The notes beneath the pieces were generated by a model. The model saw only the letters and a list, made by a program, of their open reading frames with translations. It had not been told where the DNA came from and did no database searches. A DNA stretch of 63,812 nt, filler included, from Chiloscyllium plagiosum (lineage: Eukaryota): NCBI RefSeq assembly GCF_004010195.1. It is 4 parts of one record of this genome, joined end to end, with 100 filler letters (N's around TTAATTAATTAA, not from the genome) between each part and the next. Parts side by side here need not be neighbours in the genome. Positions count along the whole stretch, not along the records: positions 36,970 to 56,783 come from NC_057713.1; 3 more parts are not named here. One strand, given 5' to 3'. Shown in pieces: positions 36,970-50,383 of this stretch (positions are counted from its first letter, which is position 1; each line of letters begins with the position of its first letter). Made by a program: the position numbers and the translations under genes.

Positions 36970-38490
36970 TAAAGACAGAAGCAAAAAACTCATTTAGGGC
37001 TTTCCCTCCCTCCTCAGACTCCACACACAAATTCCCTATGCTATCCCTGATCGGCCCTACTCTTTCTTTGACCATTCTCTTATTCCTCACATAACTGTAA
37101 AATGCCTTTGTGTTCTCCCTTATCCATTCTGCCAAGCCTTTCTCGTGCCCCCTCCTGGCTCTCCTCAGACCATTTTTGAGCTCCTTTCTCGCCTGCCTGT
37201 AATCCTCTAGAGCCGAGCTTGACCCTAGCTTCCTCCACCTAATGTAAGCTACCTTTTTCCTTTTGACGAGAAGCTCCACCGTTCGCATCATTCAAGGTTC
37301 CTTTATCTTACCACTTCTTGCCTGTCTCAGAGGGACATATTTATTCATCACTTGCAACAAGTGTTCCTTAAACAGTCTCCACATGTCTATAGTGCCTTTA
37401 CCATGGAACAATTGCTCCCAATCCATGCTTCCTAACTCATGTCTAATCATAGTTTCCTCTTCCCCAATTAAATATCCTCCCATTTTGCCTAATCCTCTCC
37501 TTCTTCATAGCTATGTAGAATGTGAAGCAGTTGTGGTCACTATCACCAAAATGCTCTCCCACCGCAAGCTCTGATACCTGCCCCGGCTCATTTCCGAGCA
37601 CCAAGTCTAGAATGGCCTCTCCCCTCGTCGGCCTGTCAATGTACTGAGTTAGGAAACCCTCCTGAACCCTCCTTACCAAAACAGCTCCATGCAAACCTTC
37701 TGCTCAAAGGAGTTTCCAATCAATATTGGGAATGTTAAAGTCACACATTACAACAACCCTACTACGTCTACACTTTTCCACAATCTGCCAACCTATGCTT
37801 TCTTCCATCTCCCTGCTGATATTGGGGGACCTGTATTAGACCCCTAACGAGGTTACTGCTCCCTTGCTGTTCCTAATTTCCACCCATACTGACTTGGTAG
37901 GCAGATCTTCCTCGACAATGGAAGCTTCTGTAGCTGTGACACCCTCACTGATTAGTAGTGCTACACCCCCTCCTCTTTTTCCCCCCTCCCTATTCTTTTT
38001 AAATGCTCTAAACCCTGGAACATCCAGCAACCATTCCTGCCCCTGAGAAATCCATGTCTCTGTTATGGCCACAACATCATAGCACCAGGTACTGATCCAT
38101 GCTCTAAGTTCATCACTTTTATTTCTGATACCCCTTGCGTTAAAGCAAACACACTTTAACTGATCGCTTGGTTCCTTCCCAGGAAAATCCTTCCCACTAG
38201 CTGGTCTACCTCTTGCTATTGCCTCATCTGTAACAACTCTCTCCTCTGGTATACAGCTCAGGTTCCCACCCCCCTGCCATACTAGTTTAAACCCTCTCGA
38301 ACTACTCGAGCAAACCTTCCACCCAGGACATTGGTCCTCTTCCAGTTCAGATGCAACCCGTCCTTCTTGTATAGGTCCCACCTTCCCCAGAAGGCATCCC
38401 AATTATTTACATATCTGAAGCCCTCCCTCCTACACCAGCTGCACAGCCACGTGTTAAGCTGGGCCCGCTCCCTGTTCCTCGCCTTGCTAT
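36970..38490 (-). mobile_element. CR1-type LINE: end of ORF1 (SGNH esterase-like) and start of ORF2 (APE endonuclease)
   Basis: LNTWLCSWCRREGFRY...FWGRWDLYKKDGLHLN; CVCFNARGIRNK...VAITETW...RGGGVALL; ILDLVLGNE...GDSDH. Confidence 0.92.
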
Positions 38491-39329
38491 TTAGAAACAG
38501 CATCCCCAATGTGTTATACTGAATTGGCTTGAATGAAGCGCATGTTATAGCAGAATGACCTTTACTGAGGCAACATTGCTGTAACAGGCTTCTCCAAACC
38601 CCCAGCTCTACTACATCTAAATAGAATGTATACCTGGTACTGCTTCTGCAGATCTTCCTTAACTCTCCATTGAACCAGGGCAAGTGAGTTGCCTGAAGAC
38701 AAAAGCCAGATTGTCAGAACTCATATGGACTACAAGCTATAATTTTGACACAATAAATTTGGAATATCTCTTTGATGTTCTGCCCCTTTCTTGGGACACA
38801 TACTTGTACTCTTTCCAGGATTTCCCAAACCGGCCAGGGGTCGTATCAGGAATAGTGCAAGGAATTGTAGCACGTGTGTAAGTGCTTCAATGTAGTGTAA
38901 TACTGCATTGCATCATTTCAGTATTCTTACATTTAGTTTTGCTTTTCTACTCTTTGCTTATGCAGTAAATCTTCATGACAAAATCATGGGCATTGGTACT
39001 GAAAAGCTCATCAATGTCATTGAATAGTAATTTTGGATAAATCACCCGATCTGTGATATAGTTATCATTCATATCATTTTGCCTGAAACATCAACTTTCC
39101 TGCTCCTCGGATGCTGCCTAACCTACTGTGCTTTTCCAGCACCACTCTAATCTTGATTCTAATCTCGACTCTAATCTCCAGCATCTGCAGTACCCACTTC
39201 TGCCATCATTCATGTCAAGGCAAGCATGGAGATTTTTAACCATTAATAATACACTGCTTTGCCATATGTCAGCACTATATATATATATAGCTCACTGTAG
39301 TGAAAATCAGCTTCCAACTTTGGCAAATC

Positions 39330-39620
39330 ATTGAATCCCTACAGTGTGGAAGCAGGCCACTCGGCCCATCTTGTCCATGCTGACCATCCACCCAGACCCA
39401 CCTCCCCCTTTCCCTATTCCTGTAAACCTGAATTTCCCATGTGTTACCCACCCAGCCTGAACATTCCTGGACGCTATGACCAATCCACCAAACTGCATTC
39501 TTTGCACCCGGAGGAAAATCATGCAGACACGGGGACAACGTGCAAACTTCACTCAGACAGCCGCCTGAGTGTGGAATTGAGACCGGACCCCCGGCGCTGT
39601 GATGCAGCAGTACTGAACTT
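39330..39620 (-). mobile_element. tRNA-derived SINE (diverged)
   Basis: Similar to the other SINE copies in the window. Confidence 0.75.
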
Positions 39621-40479
39621 TGCCTTGATTAATTCCTGTCAGCAGAAAGGGATAAGTAGTTGAAAGCATTTCAATTCAACCCAGGAGACCACATCTCCTC
39701 ATTTCCATGTACATAAGGTTTTTCTTTATTCTACCCAGGATGTGTGTGTCACTGGAAAGACCAACTTTTATGTCCATACTAATCGCCTTTGAACTGTGTG
39801 GTTTAAGAGTCAACCACATTGCTGTTGGTCTGGAGTAACAAACAGGCAAAACTAGGAAAGGATTGCAGAATTGGTTCCCTAAAGGTGTGAGTGAACTAAC
39901 TAGGCTGTTTTTCCTCAAGCAACAGTTGGTGCTAGTTGTCATGGTTACCATTACTGAGACTAGATCTTTAAACTCCAGATTTATTAATTGCTACATTTCA
40001 CTAGCTGCCATGGTGGGATTTGATGCTATGGCCCCAGAGCACTAACCTGGCCTCTGGAGGATAAATCCTGGAATCATACCATGACCCATCAAGTCTGCAT
40101 TGTTCCCCTGCTAAAGGACCATTACAGTTAGTTCCACGTCCCCGTGCTTTCCCCATGTCTTTGAATATATTTCAACACCAAATGTTTCTCCAATTTCCTT
40201 CTGAAAGTTATTATTGAACCTGTATCCATCAACCTATCAATTAATGCATTCCAAAACCTACACTAAACAGATTTTTATTACTTCCAATTATGTGCTCTCC
40301 GGTGATTATCCCTTCTGCCATTTGTAATAGCTTCTCTTTATTTTCTTGATCAAAACATTTCATGATTTTAAACAGCTCTATCAAACACCATCAGCCACTC
40401 ATGATAGGAATCATTTTAGCTTCTTCAAGGGAGTGAGAGAGAAAACCAGAAACTCCAGACCTGATGTTAATCTGATGTT

Positions 40480-41920
40480 TGTATGAGCTAGAGTCTATTA
40501 CAAAGGAAGTGATAAACAGACACTTGGTTAATAATTATCTGATTATGTAATCATTATGGATTTGTGAATGGGAAGTCATGTTTGATTAACTTAGAATCAT
40601 AGAGATGTACAGCGTGGAAACAAACCCTTGAGTCCAATCCGTCCACTTGTTAGAGCTTATTGACAATGTTGATGTATTTTACTTTGATTTTCAGAAGGCA
40701 GTTGATAAGGTGCCCCATAGCAGGTTGGTTATTAAATGTAAGGGATGGGGAATAGTGTTGTAGCATGGATTAAAGATTAATTAATAGGCAGAAAACAGTG
40801 GTTAGGAATAAATGAGTCTTTCTTGCATAGCTAAGTTGAGACTAATGGGACATCACAAGGATGAGCACTTGGGTCCCAGCTGTTCACAATATATAACAAT
40901 GATTTTGATGTCGGGACCAAATGTAATATTTCACATTTGCAGGTGAAATAAACCTAAATGGGAATTTGTTTTGTGAGGAAAATGTAAAGCAGCTTCAGGA
41001 AGACTTGGACAGGCTTAGCGAATTGGCAAGAACATGGCAAATGGAATATAATGTGGAAAATTGTAAAGCATTCACTCAATACTTGGTTGGAGGAACATAT
41101 ATGCAGAGTAGTTTGAAAATGGAGATATATGAGGGAACTTGAATGTCCTTGTCACTTAATAACTGAAGGCTAATGTCCAGCAAGCTATGAGGAGGCTCAT
41201 GGAATATTAACTTTTATTGTGAGAGGATTTGAGCACAAGAGCAGTGTCGTCTTGCTTCAAAAGCATAGCAGCTTGATTAGACTGTAACTGGAGTACCGTG
41301 TTACAATTTGGTCTCCTTACCTAACAAAATATTATTGTCAAAGAGGGAGTGCAATGAAAGTTCACCAGAAACAAAACAGAAATTGCTGGAGAAACTCAGC
41401 ATGTCTAGCAGCATCTGTGGAGAGTTAATATTTCAGGACCAGTGACCCTTCTTCAGATTTCTTATTTTGGATTTTCAATATCTGCAGTTCTTTGGTTTTT
41501 GAAGGCTCAGCACACTTGTTCCTGGGGCAGTGAGACTGTCCTACAGAGATTGGCTATTCTCTAAATGTTTGAAGAATGAGGGGTGATCTCATTGAATCCT
41601 CAAAAAAACGTGAAAGGATAGACAGGATAGATGCAAATACAGATTATTTCCCTGGCTGGGCAGTCTAGCACCAGTAATACAATTTAAAAATAAGGGTGAT
41701 GCTATTTAGGACTAAGATGAGGAGAATACTTTTGCTCAGAGTTTTGAACCTTTGGAATTCTTCATCATAGAAGGCTATAGTAGCTCAGTCTTTGAGTGTG
41801 TTTAAAGTAGAGATTGATACGGAAATAATGTGGGTGAAAGATATTGAAGTGTTTAATCAGCTGTGATCGTATTAAATGGCAGAACACGCTCAATGGGCTG
41901 AATGGCCTACTCCTCTCCTA
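40480..41920 (+). mobile_element. Old CR1-type LINE RT and 3' tail, with a nested family-D pLTR fragment at about 41368-41500
   Basis: Degenerate KSCLIN / DFQKAVDKVPH / WQMEYNVENC motifs. Tail gggctgaatggcctactcct. Confidence 0.75.
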
Positions 41921-42667
41921 TGTTGACAGTGTATATGGCACTAAGAATTAAACACAATATTCCCGCAAAGGCTGGATTAACATTTTGCATAAATTTAGCA
42001 CAACTGGCTGCCATTTGTGCAATATATCTCTATTTATAAAGCCTGTGATATCAGGTAATTTATTACCTTTTTAAAAGTCTGTCCTGCAACCTTCACAGAT
42101 TATTCAACAAATACTCATCACTTACCATCTTCTGTTAAAGATTCTGTTTCTATTGAAATAAAATCTTTTAAAATTACACAATTTAACATAGTCGTTCTTC
42201 TGGTTGGAACATGCTACCTTGCACCTTTCATATTGCTAATGCACTTCTTTTTCTATTTCCTAGCAAGCCTATTAAATTATTTTATCAAATGCTTTTTGAA
42301 AGTCTATATACACATCATCACTTGCACTGCCTTCATTCACTTTCTCTATTACTGTGGTTAAAATAAACTCAGTTCAGCCAAACATGAGATGGCTTTAACA
42401 AATATATCTTCACAGACTCAGACCTCTCATTGTGTGTTCCAGCAACTGGAAGGTCATCTCAGCCTCTGGGACACTTGAAGCATTTTGGAGTTTCCAAATT
42501 GCAGACCACAAGTTATGGATGTTCTTCAATTCTAACTAGAGACTTCAAATAAGCTTTTTACACACAAAGTTACCATTTACATAATTGTTGTTAAATTGGT
42601 CTAAACTACACTGCTGGTTGCACCTCAAAAATTCTTCTTCAGATGCTAAATGCAAAGAACCTAAAAT

Positions 42668-42926
42668 AGAATCCCTACAGTGTGGAAGCAGGCCATTCAA
42701 GTGTCCATCAAGTCCACATTGACCCTTTGAACAGCATCCCACCCAGAGCCACCCCAACCCTGTAACCCTTCATTTCCATGGTTAATCCACACAGCCTGCA
42801 CACTATGAGCAATTTAGCATGGCCAATCCATCTGACCCAGACATCTTTGGATTGTGGAAGGAAACCAGAGCATGCAGAGAAAATCCACACAAACATGGGG
42901 AGAATGTATAAACTCCACACAGACAT
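42668..42926 (-). mobile_element. tRNA-derived SINE 3' part
   Basis: gtgtggagttt...gccatgctaaattg core. Confidence 0.8.
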
Positions 42927-43714
42927 TCTGGGCCACTGTGCCATATGATGACAGATGTCAGGCAGCAATCCCCATAAAGGTGGTATGAATAAAGGATCCT
43001 CACCCTTAAAGGAAAAGACTGGCACTGCTCTTGGTGGGATGCAGAGTCATTCAAGTCCCAAGTCACAAATACACAGAATGCTGGAGAAACTCAAAGGATC
43101 TGACTCTTTCTTCCAGCATTCTCTATGTTTCAGCTTTCTAACATCTGCAGTATTTTGCCTTTTATTCAAGGACCATGTGCAGTCTCCCTGAAATTTCACA
43201 TTCATCAGATGGTCAATTTCATGCATCGGACACTACTTTCAAAGGCTTCTTGTACCTTCCAAGTGCAGCTAGTGTCCTGAGTTCATGTGGAGAGACAGCT
43301 GCCTGTTGCTCCACAGAGCATGTCCTTACCCTCTATGGATGACAGTGTCCAAGGTATGGGGAAAGCAGCAACAAGCTCTGTTTTGGATTCCGCTACCAGC
43401 TCTGAGACTGAAATATTAGTGAAGTCAATAGGTGAATGGAGTGTGGAATTGGAGGTTGCTCAGGGTCTCACACTTGCTGTTGCAAAGATGAGTGAGGGAG
43501 AAACACCACCTGGAGGAGTATTGGAGACCAGCTACCTGGCAGGAGAGAATCCTTGGTTGAGTAGTCAGGGAAATGCAAAGGGAGCAGCAGCAGACAGATG
43601 TCTGCTGGCTACAAGGGCTGCACCGGCCCTTGTAATTGAAAAGTTGCAGTGAGGCAGCCAGTCCTGCGATGTACTGGCTGCCATTGCTCAGAAGTTGGAG
43701 CAATGGAAAGAGAT

Positions 43715-46085
43715 AGGTATTTACTGTAAGGCAAAAGTTATTGCTGGGGCAAAGGCAATTATGATGTGATTAGGCAAGATTGAGGATTCATAGGGGATGG
43801 GCACAATTGAAATGTGGAGTTTATTCAAGGAACATCCACTGTGTGACCTTTTCTATGTACCTGTCAGGCAGGGAGGAAGTGATCAAGCGAGGGAACCATA
43901 ATTTACTGAAGTTGAATCTCTTGTCAAGAGGAAGAAGAAGGCTTGTGTTTGGATGAGACGTGAAGGCTCAGTTAGGTCGTTTAAGAGTTATTTGCTAGCC
44001 TGGAAAGACCGAAAGAGAGAGCTAAGAAGAGCCAGGAGAGGGCATGAGAAGTTGTTGGCAGATAGGATCAAGGAAAACCCTAAGGCTTTGTATAGGTATA
44101 GGAAGTCCCCATGTTACAAACGGTTTTGTTTTCTCATAAGCCAAATTTGTGTGTATTTCGGAACAGATAGTCCACCCGTTTGTTAGGATGAAACATTGTA
44201 CGTAATTCGGATTTTTAAAAATAAATTTTAAAAATGAGAATCTGAAGATCGGTTCGTAAGTAGGAAACATTTGTAAGGCAGGCGTTCGTAACCCAGGGAC
44301 TTCCTGTATATCAGTAATTAAAGAATAACTAGAGAAAGATTTGGGTAAATCAAGGACACTTGTGGGAAGTTCTACATGGAATCCAAGGAGATACGGGAAG
44401 CGCAAAATGAATATTTTTTTGTAAGTATTCAAATTGGAAAAAGACAATATTGTTGAGGAGAATACTGAGATACAGGCTACTGGACCAGACAGGCTTAAGG
44501 CTCACAAGGAGGAAGTGTTAGCAATTCTAGAAAGTGTGAAAGTTGATAAGTCCTCTGGGCTGGATGGGATTTATCCTCGGATTCTCTGGGAGGAGATTGC
44601 AGAGCCTTTGGCTTTGATCTTTATACGATCATTGTCTACAGGAATAGTGCCAGAAGATTGGAGGATAGCATTTGTTGACCTCTTGCTCAAGAAGGAGAGA
44701 AGAGACAGTCCTGGTAGTTATAGACCAGTGAGCCTTTCTTTGGTTGTGGGTAAAATGTTGGAAAAGATTAAAAGAGAAAGGATTTATAATCATCTCGAGA
44801 CGAATAAGTTGATTAGGGATAGTCAACATGATTTTGTGAAGGGTAGGTCATGCCTCACAAACCTTATTGAGTTCTTTGAGATGGTGACCAAACAGGTGGA
44901 AGATGGTAAAGTGGTTAATGTGGTGTATATGGATTTGAGTAAGGCATTTGATAAGGTTCTCCATGGTATGCTATTGCACAAAATGCAGAGGCATGGGATT
45001 GACAGTGATTTAGCAGTTTGGTTCAGAAATTGGCTAGTTGAAAGAAGACAGAGGATGGTGGTTGATGGAAAATATTTATCCTGGAGTTCAGTTACTGGTG
45101 GTGTGCCACAAGGGTCAGTTTTGGGGCCACTGCTGTTTGTCATTTTTATAAATGAGCTAGATGAGGGTGTAAAAAGATGACTTAGCACATTTGTGGATGA
45201 CACTAAGGTCAGTGGAGATGTGAATAGTGCCTAAGGATGTTTCGGGTTACAAGAGGGGCATAGATAAGCTGCAGAACTAGGCTGAGACATGGCAAATGGA
45301 GTTTAATGAAGAAAAATGTGAGGTGATTCACTTTGGAAGGAGTAACAGGAATAAAAAGTACTGGGCTAATGGTAAGATTCTTATTAGTGGAGATGAGCAG
45401 AGAAATCTCAGTGTCCATGTGCATAGATCCCTGAAAGTTGCCACCCAGATTGATAGGGTTGTTAAGAAGGCGTATGGTGTGTTAGCGTTTATTGGTTCCG
45501 TGATTGAGTTGGAGCCACGAGATCATGCTGCAGTTGTACAAAACTCTGGTACGGCTACATTTAGAGTATTGCATACAGTTCTGCTCACCGCATTATAGAA
45601 AGGATGTGGAAGCTTTGGAAAGGGTGCAAAGGAAATTTTCTAGGATATTGCCTGGTATGGATGAAAGGTCTTATGAAAAAAGGCTGAGGGACTTGAGGCT
45701 GTTTTCATTAGAGAGAAGAAAGTTGAGAGGAGACTTTAATTGAGACATATAAGATAATCAGAAGGCTAGATAGAGTGGACAGTGAGAGTCTTTTTTCTTG
45801 GATCGTGATAGCTAGTACGAGGGGACGTAGCTTAAATTGAGGGTTGATAGATATTGGACAGATATCAGAGATAGTTTCTTTACTCAGAAAGTTGTAGGGG
45901 CTGTGGAATGCACTCCCCCCAATAGTAGTAGACTTGCCAACTTTAAGGGCATTTAGATGGTCACTGGATAGACATATGGATGAAAACAGAGTAGTGTAGG
46001 ATAGATAGGCTTCAGATTGGTTCCACAGGCAGTGCAACATCGAGGGTTGAAGGGCTTGTATTGAGCTGTAATGTTCTATATTCTA
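43715..46085 (+). mobile_element. CR1-type LINE ORF2 (RT) and 3' tail
   Basis: ORF 44434-45180: [10 protein letters not shown]...SYRPVSL...[12 protein letters not shown]...[11 protein letters not shown]...[13 protein letters not shown]. Tail tgttctatattctatgttc. Confidence 0.93.
44099..44306. mobile_element. Tc1/mariner (Tigger-like) MITE nested in CR1
   Basis: TA|tAGGAAGTCCC...GGGACTTCCTG|TA. Removing it restores the CR1 YRYI.. sequence. Confidence 0.85.
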
Positions 46086-46913
46086 TGTTCAGTGCAGCCA
46101 GTCCTACAACTGCATGGCAACTTGCCTGGATGTGTGACTGCACCAAATGCAACTGCAAAACACATTGGCCAAGGCAAGATGTACATGCTGTGAGTAGGCT
46201 GGTGAATGTGCACTGTGCCCTGGTAGGCAATCTAATCCACACAGTGGTCTGGGTGCCTGTCCTGGTGCAGTAATCATATCTGATTCAGCTGCACACTGCT
46301 AGTTGCTAATGTGCTATCAGGATAATCCTGGACTTGCAGGGCGCACTGCCATTACATTGGAAAAATGCCAGGATAGTTGAGATGGCTGCTTGGAAACTGG
46401 CTGCCAATATCTGTGGTGGATGGCTGATTTCCATTGGTTTTTATATGGGATTTTCCTGATGGCTGCTTTGGTGAGTTTAGCAAGATCACTGCGGTAATAT
46501 TAATGAGGCAAGTTGAACCATCAACAAAGAGCTTAACATGCATTAATCCATGTCCATTGGCAATTTACTGCTCCCTGGTGAGAATTTTTCCATGCTGCTC
46601 ATGAATGGTTTAAAAATGGGGTGAGATGAACTCAATGTCGAGATGGACCTTTCCAGATTCCTCTTCCGATTTGGCCGCACATCTCAGCCTATCCCATGTC
46701 ACTCACACCTTTATAAGATTCTGGCTCAGATTTCAGATTTCCAGCTCTAAAAGTTCTTTTTGCTTCTATTATATGCTCTATGCTAAGCATTGATATGTGT
46801 GGTTACTTGCAATTTAAAATGAGAAAATATTTCTCACTCAATGCAAATTGTAACCTTCCTGTCCAAATCTTATGCATGTTATTCTCCAGACTCATGCCTC
46901 AGATTCAATAAAG

Positions 46914-47032
46914 TTGAAACTTTATTGCTGGAACAGCACAGCAGGTCAGGCAGCATCCAGGGAACAGGAGATTCGACGTTTCGGGCACAGGCCCTTCTTC
47001 AGGAATCCCAGCATCTGCAGACCTCACTTTCT
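46914..47032 (-). mobile_element. 119-bp PLE family A mini-insert with 17-bp TSD
   Basis: CCTCAG(a/g)TTCAATAAAG at 46897-46913 and 47033-47049. Confidence 0.85.
46968..47009 (-). ncRNA. Minimal type I hammerhead ribozyme motif (family A), intact core
   Basis: Reverse strand: gggauuc CUGAAGA A GGGC cugu GCCC GAAA CG UC gaaucuc. Stem I 7 bp, stem II 4 bp, ACGU palindrome. Confidence 0.8.
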
Positions 47033-47074
47033 CCTCAGGTTCAATAAAGCAGAACTGGCTGCATAATAAGCCAT

Positions 47075-47280
47075 GATATGGAGGTGCTGGTGTTGGACTG
47101 GGGTGGACAAGGTCAGAGGTCACATGGCACCAGGTAATAGTCCAACACGTTTATTTGAAATCGTAAGCTTTCGGAGCACTGCTCTTTCAGATGAAGCCCG
47201 ACGAAGGAGAAATGCTCCGAAAGCTTGTGATTTCAAATAAACCGGCTGGACTGTAACCTGGTGTTGTGTGACTTCTGACC
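47075..47280. mobile_element. Fold-back family B-related element
   Basis: Inverted arms ...aagctttcggagca / tgctccgaaagctt... Confidence 0.75.
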
Positions 47281-47759
47281 ATGGATAGTGTAAGAAATCA
47301 AATTGTGCACAAATATCTGGTAAAGGATTGCTTGTAAAGTATACTTTACTGACCTGTGATCTCTCGATGGGATTTTGTAAATAGTGAAAAGAAAAAGTAC
47401 AAATGCCTAGGAGCTTTGCCAAATCAATATAAAACATTTCGAAGGCACTGTGACTGTAGTTCCTAATTCTAGGCACCCGCAGGATATGAGGGTAAAGTTT
47501 AAAATTGGATTTGTGGAGGGAGTGTTGTGTAGAATAAAGAGCCAGGAAACAGAAGAAACACCAGGATAGGTCCTTGTCTCTCTCCTTGAGCTGATGAATG
47601 GGCAGCGCCTCGAAAGCTAGTCCTTACAAATAAACTGGTTAGACTATAACCTAGTGTCGTGTGATTTTTAACTTTGCGCCCTGGGTGGCAGGCTTTGCTG
47701 TTCCATTGCTGATAGAGGTGTTATTTGGGAACAGTGTGAGAGGCTGGAGCTACAGCAGG

Positions 47760-47990
47760 TAGATATCATGTGAACTTTGACAATCTTTGACAAGCCATTT
47801 GATCTCTTGTGATGCTGCTGCAAGGTCCAAACTCAGAGTGTTGACTTTCTTGATCAGTGTTTCCACTTCCTTCTGAGAGTGGTCTATGAGTGTTCTTTGG
47901 TCTCCTGTGGACGATGGCATCTTTCCCCTTCCCTCGACCACAAAAGCCTCTCCTGTTGCTTTCATTGCTATGGGTTCTTCAGTCTGCCTT
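47760..47990 (-). pseudogene. Harbinger Myb/SANT-like gene relic
   Basis: Reverse strand WTLQQHHKRSNGLSKIVK resembles RTWQQCRKKFNDL..VK. Confidence 0.45.
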
Positions 47991-48723
47991 GGCATTCATA
48001 CAAGAATTTCCATTGTGGCAGTATGTTTCTGTGCTGTTTCTTCTAAGATGCCACCTGCCTGTAAGAACAGCAAGCTGTCTGTCCAATGCCATTGGCAAAC
48101 AATGCTGCAGGAGCCTCCTGTTGTGGGTAGACAACGCTGTCAAAATACAGACAGCAGCTCAGCACACCAACCAGTGCCACAATCATTCAGATGAGGTGAG
48201 AATGGGTATCTATGGGATACCTTGAGTAAATTGGGCAAGAGTGGCTCATAAATATAACCAGAACTCTTAGCGACTTGATTACACTGTCACTGTAAGCACT
48301 ACAAATTTGGAAAGTGCCTTTTGGGATCGCGGCCTATTTAGACTGGTTGTTCCACTTAAGTACATCTTGGATAATATATGGCTTACATAGAATCCTGATT
48401 GCAATCTTGTGGGTCAAATGGGTATTGATTTCAATAAAAAAAGGGTCTAAATTGTCATTGATTTGATTTTGTGGAGCTATAGAAACAAATTTAAGATACC
48501 TGTGGCAAACATCAGAAATGTGATGAGTAGAATTGTTCTATGCAGTGAAATGTTGTGATTTGGACTGCTGTGCCTTAAAAGCTGATGGAAACATTTTCAA
48601 TAAAAACTTGCAAAATATTTGGATAAATACTTGAGGGGGCAAAAAATTCTTGTTCAATAGAATAGAGGTAATTGCATAGTTCTTTCAAAGAGTCAGGCTT
48701 GAGACGGTAGACATAGTCATGAA

Positions 48724-48924
48724 AGTGAGCTGAAAATGTGTTGCTGGAATAGCGTAGCAGGTCAGGCAGCATCCAGGGAACAGGAGAATCGACGTTTCGG
48801 GCATAAGCCCTTCTGCCCGAAACGTCGATTCTCCTGCTCCTTGGATGCTGCCTGACCTGCTTCGCTGTTCCAGCAACACATTTTCAGCTCTGATCTCCAG
48901 CATCTGCAGACCTCACTTTCTCCT
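48724..48924. mobile_element. Fold-back PLE family A mini-element with 12-bp TSD
   Basis: CATAGTCATGAA at 48712-48723 and 48925-48936. Inverted arms of about 75 bp join inside hammerhead stem II. Confidence 0.88.
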
Positions 48925-50383
48925 CATAGTCATGAATGTGCTATGCTTTAGTTCAATGAATTTGTATCATTTTATGTATCTCGTACCCAGAAGCTGAAGA
49001 AAGCTTTGTTCCTTAAAGCAATATTCATGAATCACCCTCCACAGTGAATTTTATAATTCTTTACAGTAGTCATATTGACAACTATAGACTTTAATTGGTT
49101 GCGACTGTTCTGATTCAATTTAGAAATCACCATGAAAGCCAACAGAGACGTTCTAGCTGATACTCCAGGCTGGACTTGAACCAAGTCTGGGGGTGAACGT
49201 GTGACACCTGGTCCCAGACCTCTTAACTTAACTTTAATATGATTTCCACACCTATTTCAATGAACAGTGTTTGGAAGTCACATTAGACTCTGACTCAGGC
49301 AAATTAATTAATTTAAAATAACAAAGGAAACCAAAGGAACATGTTGAAACATATTTGTATTCTTCAAAGAGACTTGATTTGGAAACACCTGTTGAGAAAT
49401 AATCAGATTTACAGAGACTAAAATTGGTACAGTACATTTTAAAATAAAGAATATTACTTTGGAGGAAAACTTCCAGCTCTGAAGTGAAACCTTCCTGCAG
49501 TCTTGGCAATAATCCTGGATGGTATATGAATGTAGGTGAATGGATAGTTTTTTACAGAGTTGTAAAAATACAATGCACATCTCATATCTTCAGAAGAAAT
49601 CTAAGCCATGCTTTCAAGTGTTCCAATTATCTTTTTGATTTCAGTTAATATCAGCATAACGAGTGACTCAGGACAGAGATAGCTCTGGGCAAGGGTGGAG
49701 GTCAGTTCCAACAGTCTTTAGAAATGGTGAATCTACCCTGTCCAGAAATACAAACTGAAATCTGGAGACACATTGGTTACCTCCCAATGAGATCAATCAA
49801 GTCATATCATGTTTAATGCTATCACCAGTAAGGAATGAGTATGAAAGTGCTGTAACCTCTGTTGTTATGTTATCAGCAGTGACTTGTAAGCAGTAATAAT
49901 TTAGAAGATACATTCATTGTGATTAATGGTGGCAAGAACCCATTTGGAAAGAAGGTAATTCTATGTACCTAACCTAACCTTGAAGTGCATTAATCATAGA
50001 TAATGCTAACCTTCAAATTCAGTATTGTTTTTATCCAACACTTCAGACCATCTTATTACAATGATGCAAAGAAATGGCATCAACCTTCTGATGAGTTATG
50101 ACATGCAGTCCATTATCACTGCCTAATCGAATTTCAGGAAATTATCAGTGGCATTGCGTAATATATCACAGTCCTATTTAACTACACATTCATTCAAGAG
50201 CATTATAAATCACACAGATCTTTCGGTCTCTTTCTGCCAATAACATTTAAAGAAATCCTCTAGGGCATTACCTTAAGTTGCTTATGTAAATAAATCAAGA
50301 CACATTTTCATTTCTCTTTTAAACTGTGTACATATAATGTGCAAGAGCAGATCTGCTTGATTTCCTAAAAGACTAATGATTAT

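Noticed and set aside
49690..49740. GRFTISKD on the minus strand, resembling immunoglobulin VH framework 3
   Set aside because: A stop follows three codons later, with no YYC motif or recombination signal.
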